Assembly (NCBI RefSeq): GCF_009914755.1
Contig: NC_060928.1
Reading direction: 5' to 3' (one strand)
Length of the DNA: 64,000 nucleotides
DNA from: the human T2T-CHM13v2.0 reference genome, Homo sapiens
The notes under the pieces were generated by a model. That model had not been told where the DNA came from. It did no database searches and saw only the letters and a list, made by a program, of their open reading frames with translations. The translations under genes were made by a program, and so were the position numbers. Shown here piece by piece: positions 43,615-59,968 of this stretch (its first letter is position 1; each line of letters starts with the position of its first letter).

Positions 43615-43765
43615 AATCTGCTAAAGCCAACTTGGTCTTATTACTGATTCTTAGAACATGCCTCAGGCCCTTTTCATAAGCAGTCTCCTCTATTCAATGG
43701 CTCTGTCCATAGTTAGCCATGAAGCTTACTCACTTATTCAGATTTTTGCTCAAATATTACAAAGG
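43420..43765 (+). mobile_element. L2a fragment
   Basis: cacttagcataaaa...aggcttacaggtcct...cctcaggcccttt...ttcagatttttgctcaaatattac. Confidence 0.6.
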
Positions 43766-44819
43766 CCTAATTTGAGTATTCATAATAGTCACTATAACCA
43801 AATCTTTAGACGCTAACAATTAATCAATGAAAATTTGCCAAGTAAATGGAAGTCATAAAGCTTTAAGAAAGACAAATTTTAAAAAAATAGGAATTGAAAA
43901 TAAAAATTTTAGGACAACACACATGCATATTCTCCTTTAGCATTTCTTCTGAAATTCTCCAAAAAACTGGGGGCTTTTACTCCATGTAATTGGAAAAGAA
44001 AATATTTACAGGGTAATTGGACATAAGCTTCAAGCTAATACTACTTCCTGAGGAATTAGAGTTTACATGAAGTCCACCATAAATTCTAATTTACAGAATG
44101 GGCGTTGTGGGAGTAGGTGATCACTAAAATTCTAACAAAATTTGCCTCATGTTAATTGCAGTGAGTTCCTGAATCCAAGTTACTTTTTTTCCCATCAGTT
44201 CTTGAATATGTAAGAGGAATGGGTGTTTGTTATATAGCATCATTCTCACTTTGATTACTTGACTTTTGGAGCCTGCTCAAATTATGATAGGATAAACACA
44301 TTCATCCAACGAATAATAAAAACAACACATTGTTGCTATTTTTCATCCCTGAGGAATATGAAAATTGGTGTAAACTTCAAAAACTGGAAAAATCCTAGCC
44401 CTGTGATTCATAGTATATACCTATTCATTTGACTACTTTGGTTATTAGAAAAGAAGTAATAATCAATTACTGTAAACTTATCACTTAATAAGTATGACTG
44501 TGTCTGCTATCCAGATGTTCATGTGAATATGTGCTTTGGCAATAGGTATGTTTTTACCGATGTAGCAATTACATTTCAATTGAACACAGGGTAAAAGAGA
44601 AGCTTGCTGGCAGGAACTGCCTTTGTGATGTATCTTTTACTCTGGGATATATCTCCCTTCTAGTTCTGTGCTATATAAAGTTTTCAGCAAATTTATATGA
44701 TTCACTGTCCCATAGGATGTCATATGCTTCCACTGGATTGTTGATAGAGTCTTAAGCTATAATAATAATAATAATAACAACAACAACACCAACTAATATT
44801 TATGGTGGTTACATATGTT

Positions 44820-45714
44820 AATTTGCCTACAGCGCTCTTCTGAGCCCTCACCAGAGTAGCCCTTAATGCTCTGCTCAGGGAAATACAGTCTTTTTTTTTT
44901 TTTTTTTTTAGCCTGTTCCTTGAAATTCTTCCAAGTCTCTGCCCATTACCCAGTTCTAAAGCCACTTTCACATCTTTGGGTAATTGTTATAGCAATGTGA
45001 AAAGAAAATAAAAATTTGGGATCATAATTCACTATGCCAAAAGGAAACAATTAAGCTGAAAGCTGGGTCATGCCAGAAACTGCCTTCCCTTTCGTTCCTA
45101 AGCAGATAGCTATAGGGAAAAGGTTAAGTATCTCCACAGGTAACTACTCTATGTTCACCCTATCTTATGTAAAGTGCCAATTTTCTGACCCTAGAGGAAT
45201 ACTTAATTGACTATTCCCCTATCTGCTTCTTTTCTTTTGCAACATATGGATTACCATACCTTTCCTCTTTCCCATCCAGCCCACTCTTCTTCTTTAAATA
45301 CGGAAGCCTTTAAAATCATATTTGGAGAAAGGCACAGACCTCCTTCCGCAGCATGTCCTTAACCTTAGAAAAATAAACTTCTAAATTGATTGAGACCTGT
45401 CTCAGTTACGTTGTGGTTTGCAGTAACAGCCCCATTCTTTGTACAAGTTTTTTGTCTGAGTTAATTTTGTGTTGCTATAAGAGAATACCAAACATGGATA
45501 ATTTATTTAAAAAAAATATTTCTCACAGTTCTAGAGGCTGAAAATTTCAACATCAAGCAGCGACATCCAGTGAGGGCCTTCTTTGCTTCATAACAAGGAG
45601 GAAGGCATCACATGGAAAGACATCATATACCCACCTCCAAATACTATCAACATATATCTTTAGAGATTAAGTTTCCTAAACATGAACTGTGGGGAACACA
45701 TTCAAACCATGGCA
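44820..45714 (-). mobile_element. MSTC/MSTD-type LTR (45453-45714) with the start of its internal region (44820-45452), interrupted by LTR23
   Basis: MaLR-int ctctgcccattacccagttctaaagccactttcacat; LTR gttgctataagagaatacc...ggggaacacattcaaaccatggca. Confidence 0.8.
44996..45422 (+). mobile_element. LTR23-like (MER4-group ERV1) solo LTR
   Basis: tgtgaaaagaaaataaa...cactatgccaaaagg...ttaagctgaaagctg ... aataaacttctaaattgattgagacctgtctcag...ca; 4-bp TSD gcaa/gtaa. Confidence 0.8.
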
Positions 45715-47319
45715 CGGAGCATGCTGGTGTCAATCGTCTTTAGGAGCAGTAGCCAACAATCGCTTTTGGTTTTCCTAATTAAATGTAATAAGATAATTTT
45801 TGATTGTATGTGAGGTAAACACATGATGTGAAACAGGAGCATTTTAGGAATTGAAAACTGAGTGGGAGGTTAGTACTTAACCTATGACTTTGGTCAGGTA
45901 GGGCATGCACAGTGATTTCGATTCTCTTTGCTTGCCTATTACCCCTTCTTCTGGGAGCAGATTCCAATCTCTATGGCAACAAAGAGAGACAGTATGTGAT
46001 ACAGACTGGTTTGATCAAAACATCTCAAGTCCCTGATACTCAGTTGATCTCCTCTGTGAATATTAATCTATAATGGAGAAGTAAGAAATTATTAAATTAC
46101 ATTATTATGAGGCTGCACCCTGGTAAAATGTTTCTGTTGCCTTTATCTCTTTTCCTAAACTTCAGTGTTTACCTTTAGACACTTCCTATCCTTTATAGAA
46201 ATCCTTTTGTTTGTTTGAATAATGTATAAGTTAGCAGAATCTTAATCTTTTTAAATTGATTTTATTTTTGCAACCAAAGAACCTAAAGTAATACCAAATT
46301 AGAGCAACATCCACAGCAATTTGAGTTTAGAAATTTTAAATAAAAAATTCTACCAAGTAGTTTGTCAAACATTTATAAGGGCAAAATAATTCTCAGGTAC
46401 ACAAGTCTCACTGAAAGTTATTTTCTATTTCATAGAGAGAGAAATAAAAATTTGATATGACTGATAAGGGTCATTGTGTTGGAAAAATTTCTGATGATCA
46501 GCATTAAAAACAGCTTAAAATATTGAAATAAGCATGCATAGTGTTAGAATTACAGTCATTAAATTAGTAAAAACTTTTTTACTACTAACTCTCAATTTAC
46601 CTGAAGAAGTACTTGGAAGAGTAAAGTGATTATTTTAATTGAACACACAACATGTCAAGATGAAGACAGTGCTAAAGTTTCATAATAGACAAATGGTAAG
46701 GTGCTTTGATTGTGCATAGAGATTCCTTAATTGACAGTAAATAGTCTAAAGGACTGGAACAGTTTCAGGCACACAATGGGCACTCAACAAATATTTGCTG
46801 ATTTAATGTCTGAATGAAGTAAATACAAATTAAAATTTGGAAATCTTTCTCCAGTTAGATATGTTAGAAAATATCTGAAATAAAAGATTAACTTGATTTC
46901 TGAGGGAAATTAGATCAAAAGGAAATATAAATTTAGATGGGAAATTGTAGTATTGAGTAAACACTCATAGATAATTTAATAGAAACTAGATATCCTAAAA
47001 ATGAAAAATTATGTAAACCTTCCTCCTCTCTCAGACATTCCCTGAGAACGTTACAATATATTTCATATTATAAAGGAGTAAAAAACAGCTGACAGACATA
47101 TTGGAAATGTTCTGTTTTAGTGCCAGAACAAAAAAATGCAAATTAAGTCAACAATGAAATGTCATTTAAAATGCTTTTTAAAACAAAAATCCCACATGTT
47201 GTTAATGATAAGACAACATTCTTTTGGAAAGCATCTAAAATTTTAAGAATTACTTTTTTTCTATTCTCTTTCCCTAGGCTTTCTCTTCCAGTGGCTAAGT
47301 GTAATTCATTCTGCCTTAT

Positions 47320-47995
47320 CAAGTATTATTCCAATCTCCATTCTCCTCCATTGTCCACACACATCACTTCAACTTAGGGTAACATCATAGCTATCTGAAT
47401 TCCCACAATTATCTTATGTTTGTCCTTCAGCATCCATTCTTATTCCACTTGCTACATTCATTAAGCCACAAAGTAATTTTGATCATGTCACTTCTTTGCT
47501 TAAAACTATTGTAATAATATCCTCTTGCTCTCACTTAAGGTCAAACTGCTTAAAATGTTTTCAAAATCCTTTAGTTACTTTTCTGTTACTGTTCAATTAC
47601 TCATTAAGTTAATTTTCCCTTAACTCCATCTCCTATTCCACGGCCCTCAAATCTAAGTTCCAGGCAGCTCTACCTTCTATTTTCCCAGGTTCTTTCTTAC
47701 ATCTTCATGTGAGCCCATTTGTTCTTGCTGTAGAACATGCTTCCTGTAGCCCGATTAACATTTAAGCATTCAAATATAAAACATAGTTTTAATATCAATC
47801 ACTTCCTCCATCATCACAACCAGTTATCTTCTAGTCTATTGGCTTAGAAACCTATAATTATCCTATTACTGCAACCTTCATCACAAATGGGCAGATGGTA
47901 CCTACCTCTTATTCTTGAAATTTTGCTCACTTTGGTGTCTGCAGTACAATTACATTTGATGAATGAATGAATGAATCAATCAATCAATCAATGAA
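47320..47995 (+). mobile_element. L2 3' fragment with a (TGAA)n/(TCAA)n tail
   Basis: gatcatgtcacttctttgcttaaaact; terminal gatgaatgaatgaatgaatcaatcaatc. Confidence 0.6.
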
Positions 47996-48174
47996 AATTC
48001 ATGAAAAGTGGAATATTTGGCATAGTATTATCAATTCTAGGATACTTTCCAAAATATACAATCCTTACTATCAGAAAAGTGTACATAATTGTGTTTATAA
48101 TGACATTATTTAAAATAAAGCAATATTAGAAATCATTTAAAGGTTCAAATACAGAGCATTATTTAAATAGATTA

Positions 48175-48500
48175 GGATGGCAGTGGGCACTTACTGTTTG
48201 TTTGTTTACTTTAAAAATTAGTTCTCCTGGAAACCATCTCTCCTTCTTTCTTACCATTATGATTTATAAGTAATGGGCTCCACTTCCTCTTGAATAGTAG
48301 GCCCTGACTGGCTTAACCTAATCAGAATATTCCATTCTCCCAGAAGCAATAACTGGTCCAGGAATTGACAAAGAAAAACCATTCAGAACCAATGTAAATG
48401 AAAGATAATTGTTAAGGCTTCAAGAGAAGAAAATGTCTTTTTCCTTTGAGAATAGAAAGTGGAATGTGATTATAGTTTAAAGATCTGTGGTCTGGTACAA
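48175..48500 (+). mobile_element. Old ERVL LTR relic (LTR16/LTR33/LTR67-like)
   Basis: tgactggcttaacctaatcagaatattccattctccc...aactggtccaggaat...cagaaccaatg. Confidence 0.45.
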
Positions 48501-50897
48501 GGGCATCAATGTTTCATTTTTAATTAAACTTTTATTATGAAATAATTATAGGTTCATATGCAGTTTTAAGAAATAATACAGAAAAGGATAGGTTCAACAT
48601 GCCTGACTAGAGATATCCAACATTTGCCCTCTCCAGAAAGAAGAACCGAAATTATGATTAGATAATTACGCTGTGAAGAGAACATTTAGGAGAGAGCACT
48701 GGAGTTCACCAGAGAAGTCACACGAAACACCTGAGACACAGAAAGGGAAGGAAATGAGTGGCCAGCACAGCAAAGATTGGCTGAGAGCCTGGAGAGTAAG
48801 AGACCCTAAGCAGTCCACATCCTCACCAACGACTGCTGTAAGCCTAACCATGGAAGAACTCTGCTACCCACATGAATCCTGACACTAGCATGTGCAGTGA
48901 TGTGGATTCCCTGCAAGGGCATTGCACCCAATCAGGAACTCATGCTAAGACACATACGCCCTGGAGACCAAAGCAGCTGCAGCACAGTGCCATCATGAGA
49001 ACACAGCCATCACTGAACTGCATTCTATCCTGGAAATCACAGCCCCCATATCTCCACACCCCAGGATACCCCACTGACATATCACAGTGCCCACCCAGGG
49101 GGCTACAGTGGCACAGCAAGGGCTGGACCCAAAGTTACTGCAATGTCCCTAGTACCCTAACTTTCATGGAGTACTATTTCCCATGGAAAAGATGGTGCAG
49201 CATACCAAGGAGGCAGCCCCCAGGACAAAGAAACCCAAAGTGTGTGCTTAATAGAGTATGAGAGCTCCCTGTCTGGGACTCTGAGAAGTGACCTACTCCC
49301 CAGGAATAGCACAATCTGTGGCTCCAGCAGAAATGTAGAATCTCCTCCTCCCTCATGCACACTGCTACAGCAGTTGCTGCCATTAAGATATCAGGTAGGC
49401 AAGCCTCAGAGCTCACAGTCTGGGGCTGAAGGCATTGACCCTTCCCCCACTGGCAGAGTGGCCTCTATGCTCAGGCTGACACATAGAGAGTATGACCCTT
49501 TACCCCACTCTGCACACCACCACAGCTGCAGCTGCTGTTGCTGCATTTAGGGGGCTGCCTGTCTGGAGCTGAGTCGTAACCACACCCCCACTGACAGTGT
49601 AGCCTCTATGCTCAGGCTTGCACATGAAATGCACTATAAAGACAAATATAGGCTGAAATTAAAGAGGTGGGAAAAAATACTCCATAGAAACAGAAACCAA
49701 AAGCAAGCTGGAGTAACTATACTTATATCAGATTAAACAGGCTTTAAGTCAAAAATAGTGAAACAAGACAAAGAAGGTCATTATATGAAAATAAGGGGAT
49801 CAATCTAACAAGAGGATACAACAATTAGAAATATATATGCACCTAACACTGGTGCACACAGATTCATAAAGAAAATATTGCTAGATCGAAAGAGCGAGAA
49901 AGACTCTAATACAATAATAGTGGGGGACCACAACACCCCCACTTACAGCATTAGACATATCACCTAGACAGAAAATCAACAAGAAAACATGAGATATAAA
50001 CTGGACCTTAGGACCAAATGAACATAACAGATATTTACTGAACATTCTATCCAATGACTACAGAATATACATTCTTTCCATCAGCACATGGAACATTCTC
50101 CAGGGTAGACGGCATGTTAGGCTACATAACAAGTGTCAACAAAATTGTGAAAAGCAAAATTATGTCAAGAATCTTCTCAGACAACAATGGAAAAAGCTAG
50201 AAATCAAAAAACAAAAGAAACTTTGGAAACTATCCAAACAGCATAGTCCTGAAAAACCACTGGACCAATGAAGAAATTAAGATGGAAAACAAGAAAAGTC
50301 CTGAAACAAATAACAATGGAAACACAATTTATTAAAACCTGTGGGATGCAGCAAAAGCAGTGCTAAGAGGGAAGTTTATAACAATAAACGCCTACATCAA
50401 AGAAACAGGAAAAAAAATCAAATAAACTATCTAATCATGCACCTCAAGAACTAGAAAAGCCAGAACAAACCATATCCAAAATCAGCATAAAAAAGATATA
50501 ATAAAGATGCAATAAGAACTAAACAAAATAGAAACCAAAAAAAAGGATTAATAAAAAGAAAAGTTGTTTTTTTGAAAATATGAATAAAATTGATAAACTA
50601 CCAGGTAGGCTAACCAAAAAGAGAGAAGATCTATATAAGCAAAATAAGAAATGAACGAAGATACATCATTAGTGATCATCAGAGACTATGATGAACAATT
50701 ATGTGCTAACAAAACAGAAAACCTAGAGGAAATCGATAAATTCCTGGAAATGTGCAACCAACATTGAATCAGAAGAAACAGAAAATCTGAGCAGACCAAT
50801 AACAAGTAGTGAGATTGAATTAGTAATAAAAAAATCTCCCTACAAAGAAAAGCCCAGGACTGGATGGATTCACTAGGAAATTCTACTACAGATATAA

Positions 50898-52248
<1,351 letters not shown>

Positions 52249-53962
52249 GCATTACTGATACCAAAACCAGAAAAAGACACAACAACAAAAGAAGAAAGTT
52301 GAAGGCCAATATCCCTGATAAACAGATGCAAAAATGTTCAAAAATACCAGCAAATGAAATCCAACAGTGTATCAGACAGATAATACACAATGATAAATTG
52401 TGATTAATATCAAGGATGCAGGGATGGCTTAACATATGCAAATCATAAATATGGAACATTAAATCAACAGAATGAAGGACAAAAACCATATCATCATCTC
52501 CATGGATACCAAGAAAGCATTTCATAAAATTCTACACCCCTTCATAATAAAAATTGTCAACAAACTAAGCACAGAAGGAACATATCTCAAAATAATAAAG
52601 ATCATTTATGACAAATCACAGCCAGCATCATACTGAATGAAGAAAAGTTGAAAGCATTTCCTTACCTGAAGCAAGAGAGGAACGCCCACTTTCACGACTC
52701 CTCTTCAACATAGTACTGGAAGTCCTATGCAGAGTAATTAGCCAAGAGAAAGAAATAAAAAGCATCCACATTAAATAAGAGAAAGTCAAAACATCCCTCT
52801 TTGTAAACAATGTTATCTTATATTTAGAAAAAACAAAATACTTCACCAAAACCTCTTAGAACTAATAAATTCAGTAAAGTTGCAAGATACAAAATCAACA
52901 AACCAAAATCAGTAGTATTTCTAAATGCCAATAGTGTAATTGCTGGAAAAAAATCAAGGCAGCAATCCCATTTACAATAGCTACAAAAATAAAAATTTTA
53001 AAAAAGCTAGAATTAAATTTAACCAAGGAAGTAAATGATCTTTAGAAGAAAAACTGCAACATCGATGAAAAAAACTGAAGATGATGTAAGCAAATGAAAT
53101 ACACATTTCATCCTCATGGATTGGAAGAATTAATATGACTAAATATGTCTAAAATATGTCTAAAAGAAAGAAATCTACACATTTAATGCAATCTCTATTA
53201 AAATATTGATGCTATTTTTGACAAAAATAGAAAAACAATCTTTAAATTTGTATAGAACCAAGAAGGACCAGAATAGTGAAAACAATCCTGAGCATCACCT
53301 TGACTTCAAAACATACTACAATGCTACAGTAACCAAATACCATGATATTGGTATAAAAACAAACAGACAAATGGAACAGAGTAGAGAACCCAGAAATAAA
53401 GCCACATATTCACAGCCAACAGCCAACTGATATTTGACAAAGCAGACAAGAACACCCATTGGGAAAAGAACGCCCTCTTCAATAAATGGTGCTGGGAAAA
53501 CTGGATAACCACATACAGAAGAATGAAACTGGACTCATATTGCTCACCATATTCAAAAGTCAACTCAAAATGGATTAAAGACTTAAATGTAAGTTCCAAA
53601 ACTATAAAACTAATAGAAGAAAACATAGATAATACTCTTCAGACCACTGGGCCAGGCAATATTTTATGGCTAAGACCTCACAAGCATAGGCATCAAAATA
53701 AAAAATAAACAAGTGAAAATTTATATTCTGCACAACAAAATAATCACCAGAGTGAAGAGACAACATATAGAATGGGAGAAAATATTTGCAAACTACTCAT
53801 CCAACAGGGGACTAATGTCCAGAATACATGAGGAACTCAAACAACTCAATAGTAAAAAATAAATAATCCCATTAAAAATAGGCAAAGGACATGAATAAAC
53901 ATTTCTCAAAAGAAGACATACAAACGGCCAACAGGTATGTGAAAAAATGTTTGTTATCACTA

Positions 53963-54422
<460 letters not shown>

Positions 54423-56609
54423 TTAGCATAACCACTTGAAAACAGAATGAAGATTACTCAAACAACTTAAAATAGAACAACCATATGATCCAAAAATCCT
54501 ACTACTAGTTATTTACTCAAATGTAAAGAAATCCATATATCAAAGTGATATCTGCAACATGCACTTGCATGTTTATTGTGGCACTATTCACAATACACAA
54601 TAGCAAGGATATGGAATCAGCCTAAGTGTATGTCAATGAACAAATGAATAAAAAATAATGTGGTATATGTCCCATGAAATACTATTCAGACATAAAAAAG
54701 AATAAAATCATGTCATTTGCAACAACATGGATTATACTGAAGGCCATTATGCTAAGTGAAATAAGCCAGGCACAGAAAAACATAGGGCATGTTCTCACTC
54801 ATATGTGGCAGATAAAAACCTTGATCACACAAACATGGAGAATAGAATGATAGATACCAGAGACTGGGAAGCTGAGATGAAGAAAGATTCATTAATGGAT
54901 ACAAACATACAATAATATAGAAGTAATAAGTTGTGATGTTTAATAGCAGACTGTGGTGACTAAGCAACTATATATATATATTTTTTATATTTCAACATAA
55001 CTAGAAGAGAGGTCCTCAGATGACACCAACTTAAAGATATGATACATATTCAAGGTGATATATACCTCACACATCCTAACTTGGTCATTACATATTTTAT
55101 ACATGAAACACTCACAAGTACCCCATAATATATAACATATGTATTAAAAAAGAAACAATACAAATAGTTTCTATGTACTTGATACCTAATTTCCACCAAT
55201 GATAAGATGTTGAAAAACTACAATACAGTATCACAGCCGAGATATTGACATTAATACAGTTAAGATATTGAGCAGCTCCATTACAAGGATACCTAACATT
55301 GTCCTTTTATAATCACTCCTATCTCTCTCTTACTCTACCCCTCTCTCCCTATCCCTGACCCCTGGCAATCTTTAATGTGATCTCCATTTCTATAATTTTG
55401 TCATTTCAAAAGTGTTACATAAGTGTAATCATAAATTTTGTAACCTTTTACGCATGGCATAATTCTCTGAATATTCATCTCAGGTTTTGAGTGTATCAAT
55501 AGTCTATATTTTTTAATTGCTAAGTAGTATTCCATATTCCATACTATGGATGTATCACTGTTTGTTTAGGCATTTACCTGTTGAAGGATTAGTTCCAGTT
55601 TTTGGCCTATTAAAACTAAAGCTACTATGAGAACTGTTATACAGGTTTTTGAGTGAAAGAAGTTTTCATTTATCTGGCATTGATGACCAACAGTGCAATT
55701 GCTGGTTTGTATGTTTAGTTTTACATGATACTGTCAAATGGTTTTTCAGAATGGCTATACCATTTTACATTTCTACCAGCAATGTGGTAATAATCTCACC
55801 ATTGATTATACATATAGTAATTCTATTATAGCAGTAGATTTTTTAAAAAAATGGATTATATTTTATAACTGTATGGTGGTATTAAGAGATGCTCAATGGT
55901 TAGGTAATGACTTCAAATAGCATTTAATTATTTTAGAGTGCCTAAACAGGATTTTAAATAACTAATTAATCATAAATTCCCAGGAAAATAATCCAACACT
56001 TAACCATTAAAGTAAATTTTCTAAGACTGCAATTTCTAACTAGTGTGTCAGAACAGACTGCTGGGTCACAGGTAGAGGGCCGAAAAGGAAGAGGAGTCCC
56101 GGAGGCATCCTGGTGCTGGTATTTCCCCCCTCTGTTTTAGGACAATGGAAAGACCTGTGAGTAGGGGTATTTGGGGGACTGGGTGAACTAGCTACTGACC
56201 AAAAGAAACAGGAGTATTTTAATATTTTAATAAACTAAGTGCCTTTAAAAAATCAGGCTGAATGTGTATCAGCCTATTTACAGGTGTGCTGAGATACTGG
56301 CCTTACAGCGCTTGGGCTGGTCAAGTGGAAACTGAGTAACCAGTTGCCTCATTTGGCTAGGACGATGGGGCCATTCTCCTCTAGCCACAAACAGCCTAGG
56401 TCAAGTCACCTCACTGGGCCACAGAAATGTCATTTTCTATGTCTCTTTTGATGTCATAATCTATGAAGCACTGTTCTAAGTCAGAGATGTGCCACTCACC
56501 TCTTGATTTCTATTTATCTTAACATTTTTTCCACTAAATTGAGCAATATGCTTTATTATATTCATGTGTATTTGTGGTGTCTTTCTTGATCATTAATAAA
56601 GTTAACTGA

Positions 56610-56800
56610 AGTAGGGCAGTTGAAGCAAGAAATTATGGTTTCAAAACTTGGCTCCATAATTTACTGTGTGAATGTGGAATACACTTTTAATTTCTTTATA
56701 GCCACAAATTGCTTCATGATTAAAATGACAGGATAGGAAGAGAGATTCATCCAAGTAACAATTATTTGTTGAGCTTTTGTGAATCTTTAAAATAACCGGT
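56610..56800 (+). mobile_element. MIR relic
   Basis: ttcaaaacttggctccataatttactgtgtgaatgtgg...cacttttaatttct...taaaatg. Confidence 0.5.
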
Positions 56801-56949
56801 ATCTGTGAAATCAGAGCCTTATACATTTCAAAAACTTGGCTAAATAGAAAGGAGGCATTTGAAGACAATTTTGAAATCCTTATGTTAAATATTGTCTGTA
56901 GATGACATGGACTGTATTTGAGGATAGAAAAGTCAAGGAATGCAATTAA

Positions 56950-57475
56950 TAGAGTCAAGCAGATCTCAAGTTTACATTTAAGTTTGAACACGTAAATGGT
57001 TTAACCTCATAATACTCAGTTTCCTTACAAACAAACTAGATTGAAATAGCACACACCAACAAGGCGCTGTGGCTTACACCTATAATCCCACAACTTTGGG
57101 AGGCCGAGGAGGACAGATCAATTGAGCTCAGGAGTTCAAGACCAGTTTGGGCAACATGAAACCCTGTCTCTACTAAAAAAGAAAAAAAAAAATAGCCGGG
57201 CATGGCGGCATGTGCCTGTGATCCCAGCTACTGGGGAGGCTAAGGTGGGAGGATTACTGGAGCCCGGGAAGTTGAGGCTGTGATGAGCCGTGATTGCACC
57301 AGTGCACTCCAGACTGGGTGACAGAGCAGGACCCTGTCTCAAAAACAAAGAACAAAAACAACAACAAAAAATAGCACATGCCTAGAAAGTTGGTGTAAAT
57401 ATGAAATAAGGTAATATATTTAGCACAATTTTTACAGCTCTTGGTACATAGTTCTCATTAACGGTTATTAGTATG
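56950..57475 (+). mobile_element. MIR split by an AluJ
   Basis: Left half ttaacctcataatactcagtttcctt; right half gtaaatatgaaataaggtaatatatttagcac...ttggtacatag. Confidence 0.6.
57055..57368 (+). mobile_element. AluJ with a 10-bp TSD
   Basis: J diagnostics (gaggctgtgatgagccgtgattgcacc; ttgagctcaggagttc); TSD aaatagcaca at 57044-53 and 57369-78. Confidence 0.93.
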
Positions 57476-59968
57476 TATTTGACTCTTGTGAAGATGAGAT
57501 CATTCATATCCATGTTGTAATCTCCCCTGCCACTTTTGTCAGTCAAGAAAAAGGCTAAATGTAAGCATAGTAAAAGAAAATATCTCAACTATGTGTGGTA
57601 GATCTAAAGATATTAGGTGTCTTACCATGCCTCAATTCTAAACAACCTTCTTAAATAGCCTGGAGTTTGTAAGAAGAGGCTAATTTACCCTTCAATTTTG
57701 AATAGTTACATAAAAAATTTAACTAGCTTAGCCAGATTATATAAACTCTCAAAAGGAGATGTAATAGCTTAGAGTTATCACTTGACATATTTTATTACTC
57801 CTTTCCATTAGGTAATTGCTTCATACTAATGTTAAAACTCGGGCTTATAAATGCTATTTATAAGACTATAAAGACTCTTTTTTTTTCTTTTTGTAATCTC
57901 TCTTCTTTGTCTTGGCAGACAGTTCAGTCTCTCACTATGAAAAAGGGACAGACATCAGCAGTACGTGATAAAATCAGACAAAAAATACAATACTCTCTAA
58001 ATAATCTTAGTGTTAATTACTAATAATTACTCAAACTTTTCCTTAAAATTCATCCAATGAGTATATTGTCTGGCTTAAAATTTGTGTTTAAAAGAGTTAT
58101 ATTTTGAAAACATATATGTATGTAGATGAACGTGTGTGTATATATATGTTATATGTAGATTAGATAGGCTGTCCCTAAATTTTATCAATACAATTTAGCT
58201 AAAAGGTGCTGAAGAGCATTTCTCATTATATATCAATACCTAGGCTGTCAGAAAGTTCTACCACCCCACTCTACTACCATTGCCTTCTAGGCTACATAAA
58301 TTTGACTAAATTGACTTGCTGAGACCCTGTGCAGATATTTTTCAGTCTTCAAATTGAGGTGGGCATTTCCAAGATTCAAAAAAAAAAAAAGTACACATTT
58401 TAAGCTGCAACACTCACGGACTATGTGATTTTGGATAAGATGATCCCTCTGAGACTCAACTTCCACATTTTAGAAATAGAGAATCAATTTGCTGCATAAA
58501 ATGTTATATGTATATATGTATATATGTATATTGCATTAGGTAACGTCAATACCTCTGACATAGAACCTGCTGCATAGTATACACTGGAGGTTTCCTTCTC
58601 CCCTTCAATGGATGAGAATACAAGTGAGTGACTCTATATCTAAGAAAAAGAGGCTTAGGTGCTTTTAACAGTGAATTCTATTCCTATCATGATTGTTGAT
58701 CATAATCTGGATGGTAACTGAAAATCCTAATAATTGGCATCAACCACTTCTGAAGTGTGACATGGGTAAGGTCCTTCATTTACATGTTTACTACACTATT
58801 ATTTAATATAGACAGATATGATTAAATTTGAGGTATCCACTTACATTACCCAAATAAATAAGAGACTGGTTTTAAGTAAGCTGCTGATTTTCCCCTCAAA
58901 ACTGAGAAATACTCTCAGCTTCACCTAGGTTGCCAAATTAACATGAATGTGCTGATTAAGCTACAGTTAATTTGTGAGCTCTCCCTAAGCAACTGCCATT
59001 CATTACATACATAGCACACAGTATCCTCTGTTTCGGAGAATTCCAAAAGTTTCAGAATTTCTATTTTTTAAATCAAGGATTAAAAAACTGCCACCTCACC
59101 AAAGTTGTGCAGAATTTAGTATGTTATGATTCTTTTTGTTTATTAATTGAAGTTACATAATTTTATTTTCAGGAGATCATGATCTTACCAAGTATACTTA
59201 ACCCCACAAAGAAAATCAAAAGACATCTTTATCTTTTCAGAAAAACACGGACAATCTATAACTATGAGCAATTTATTTTGTATATCAATATTTTATTCCT
59301 TTCTGTTGCTGAGTATAATTTCATTACAGATGCACCATCATTTGTTTATTCATTCCTCAAGTGAGAGACACTTGGGAGTTTCGAGTTGTAGATAGCTATG
59401 AATAAAGATATTATGTACTTACAGCTATCTGTGTGAACATAGATTTCATTTCCCTTGGAAAGTACATAGGAGTGGACTGCTGTAATGCAGTGAGTGAATG
59501 TTTAACTGTATAAAAACTGCCATAGCCTTTTTCATAGTAGCTGTACTGTTTTTCTATGTTGATCAGTGATATATGACAGTTCCAGCTGTTCTGAATTCTT
59601 TTCGAACACTTAGCACTAAGTATTGTCAGGTTTTTCCTACTAATTCTAATGACTGTGTAGTGGTATTTCAGTATGGTTGCAATTTTGATTTCCCAAATGA
59701 TTAATGATATTAAGCATCTGTTGATATGCTCATTAGCCATTTTCTCTGATGAACTGTCTGATCAAATCTTCTGACAATTATTATGTTTGGTTATTTCATT
59801 CTCTTATTGTTGAGTTTTGAGAGTTCTTTATATTTACAGATAGAAGTTATTAGCTATGTAACTTTCAAATATTTCTTCTCATGTTTTTATATTTTAATCC
59901 TCTTAACAGAGTGTTTCATAGAACCAATTTTGATGATGCTTAGTTCGTTCTTATTTTATATATAGCAT

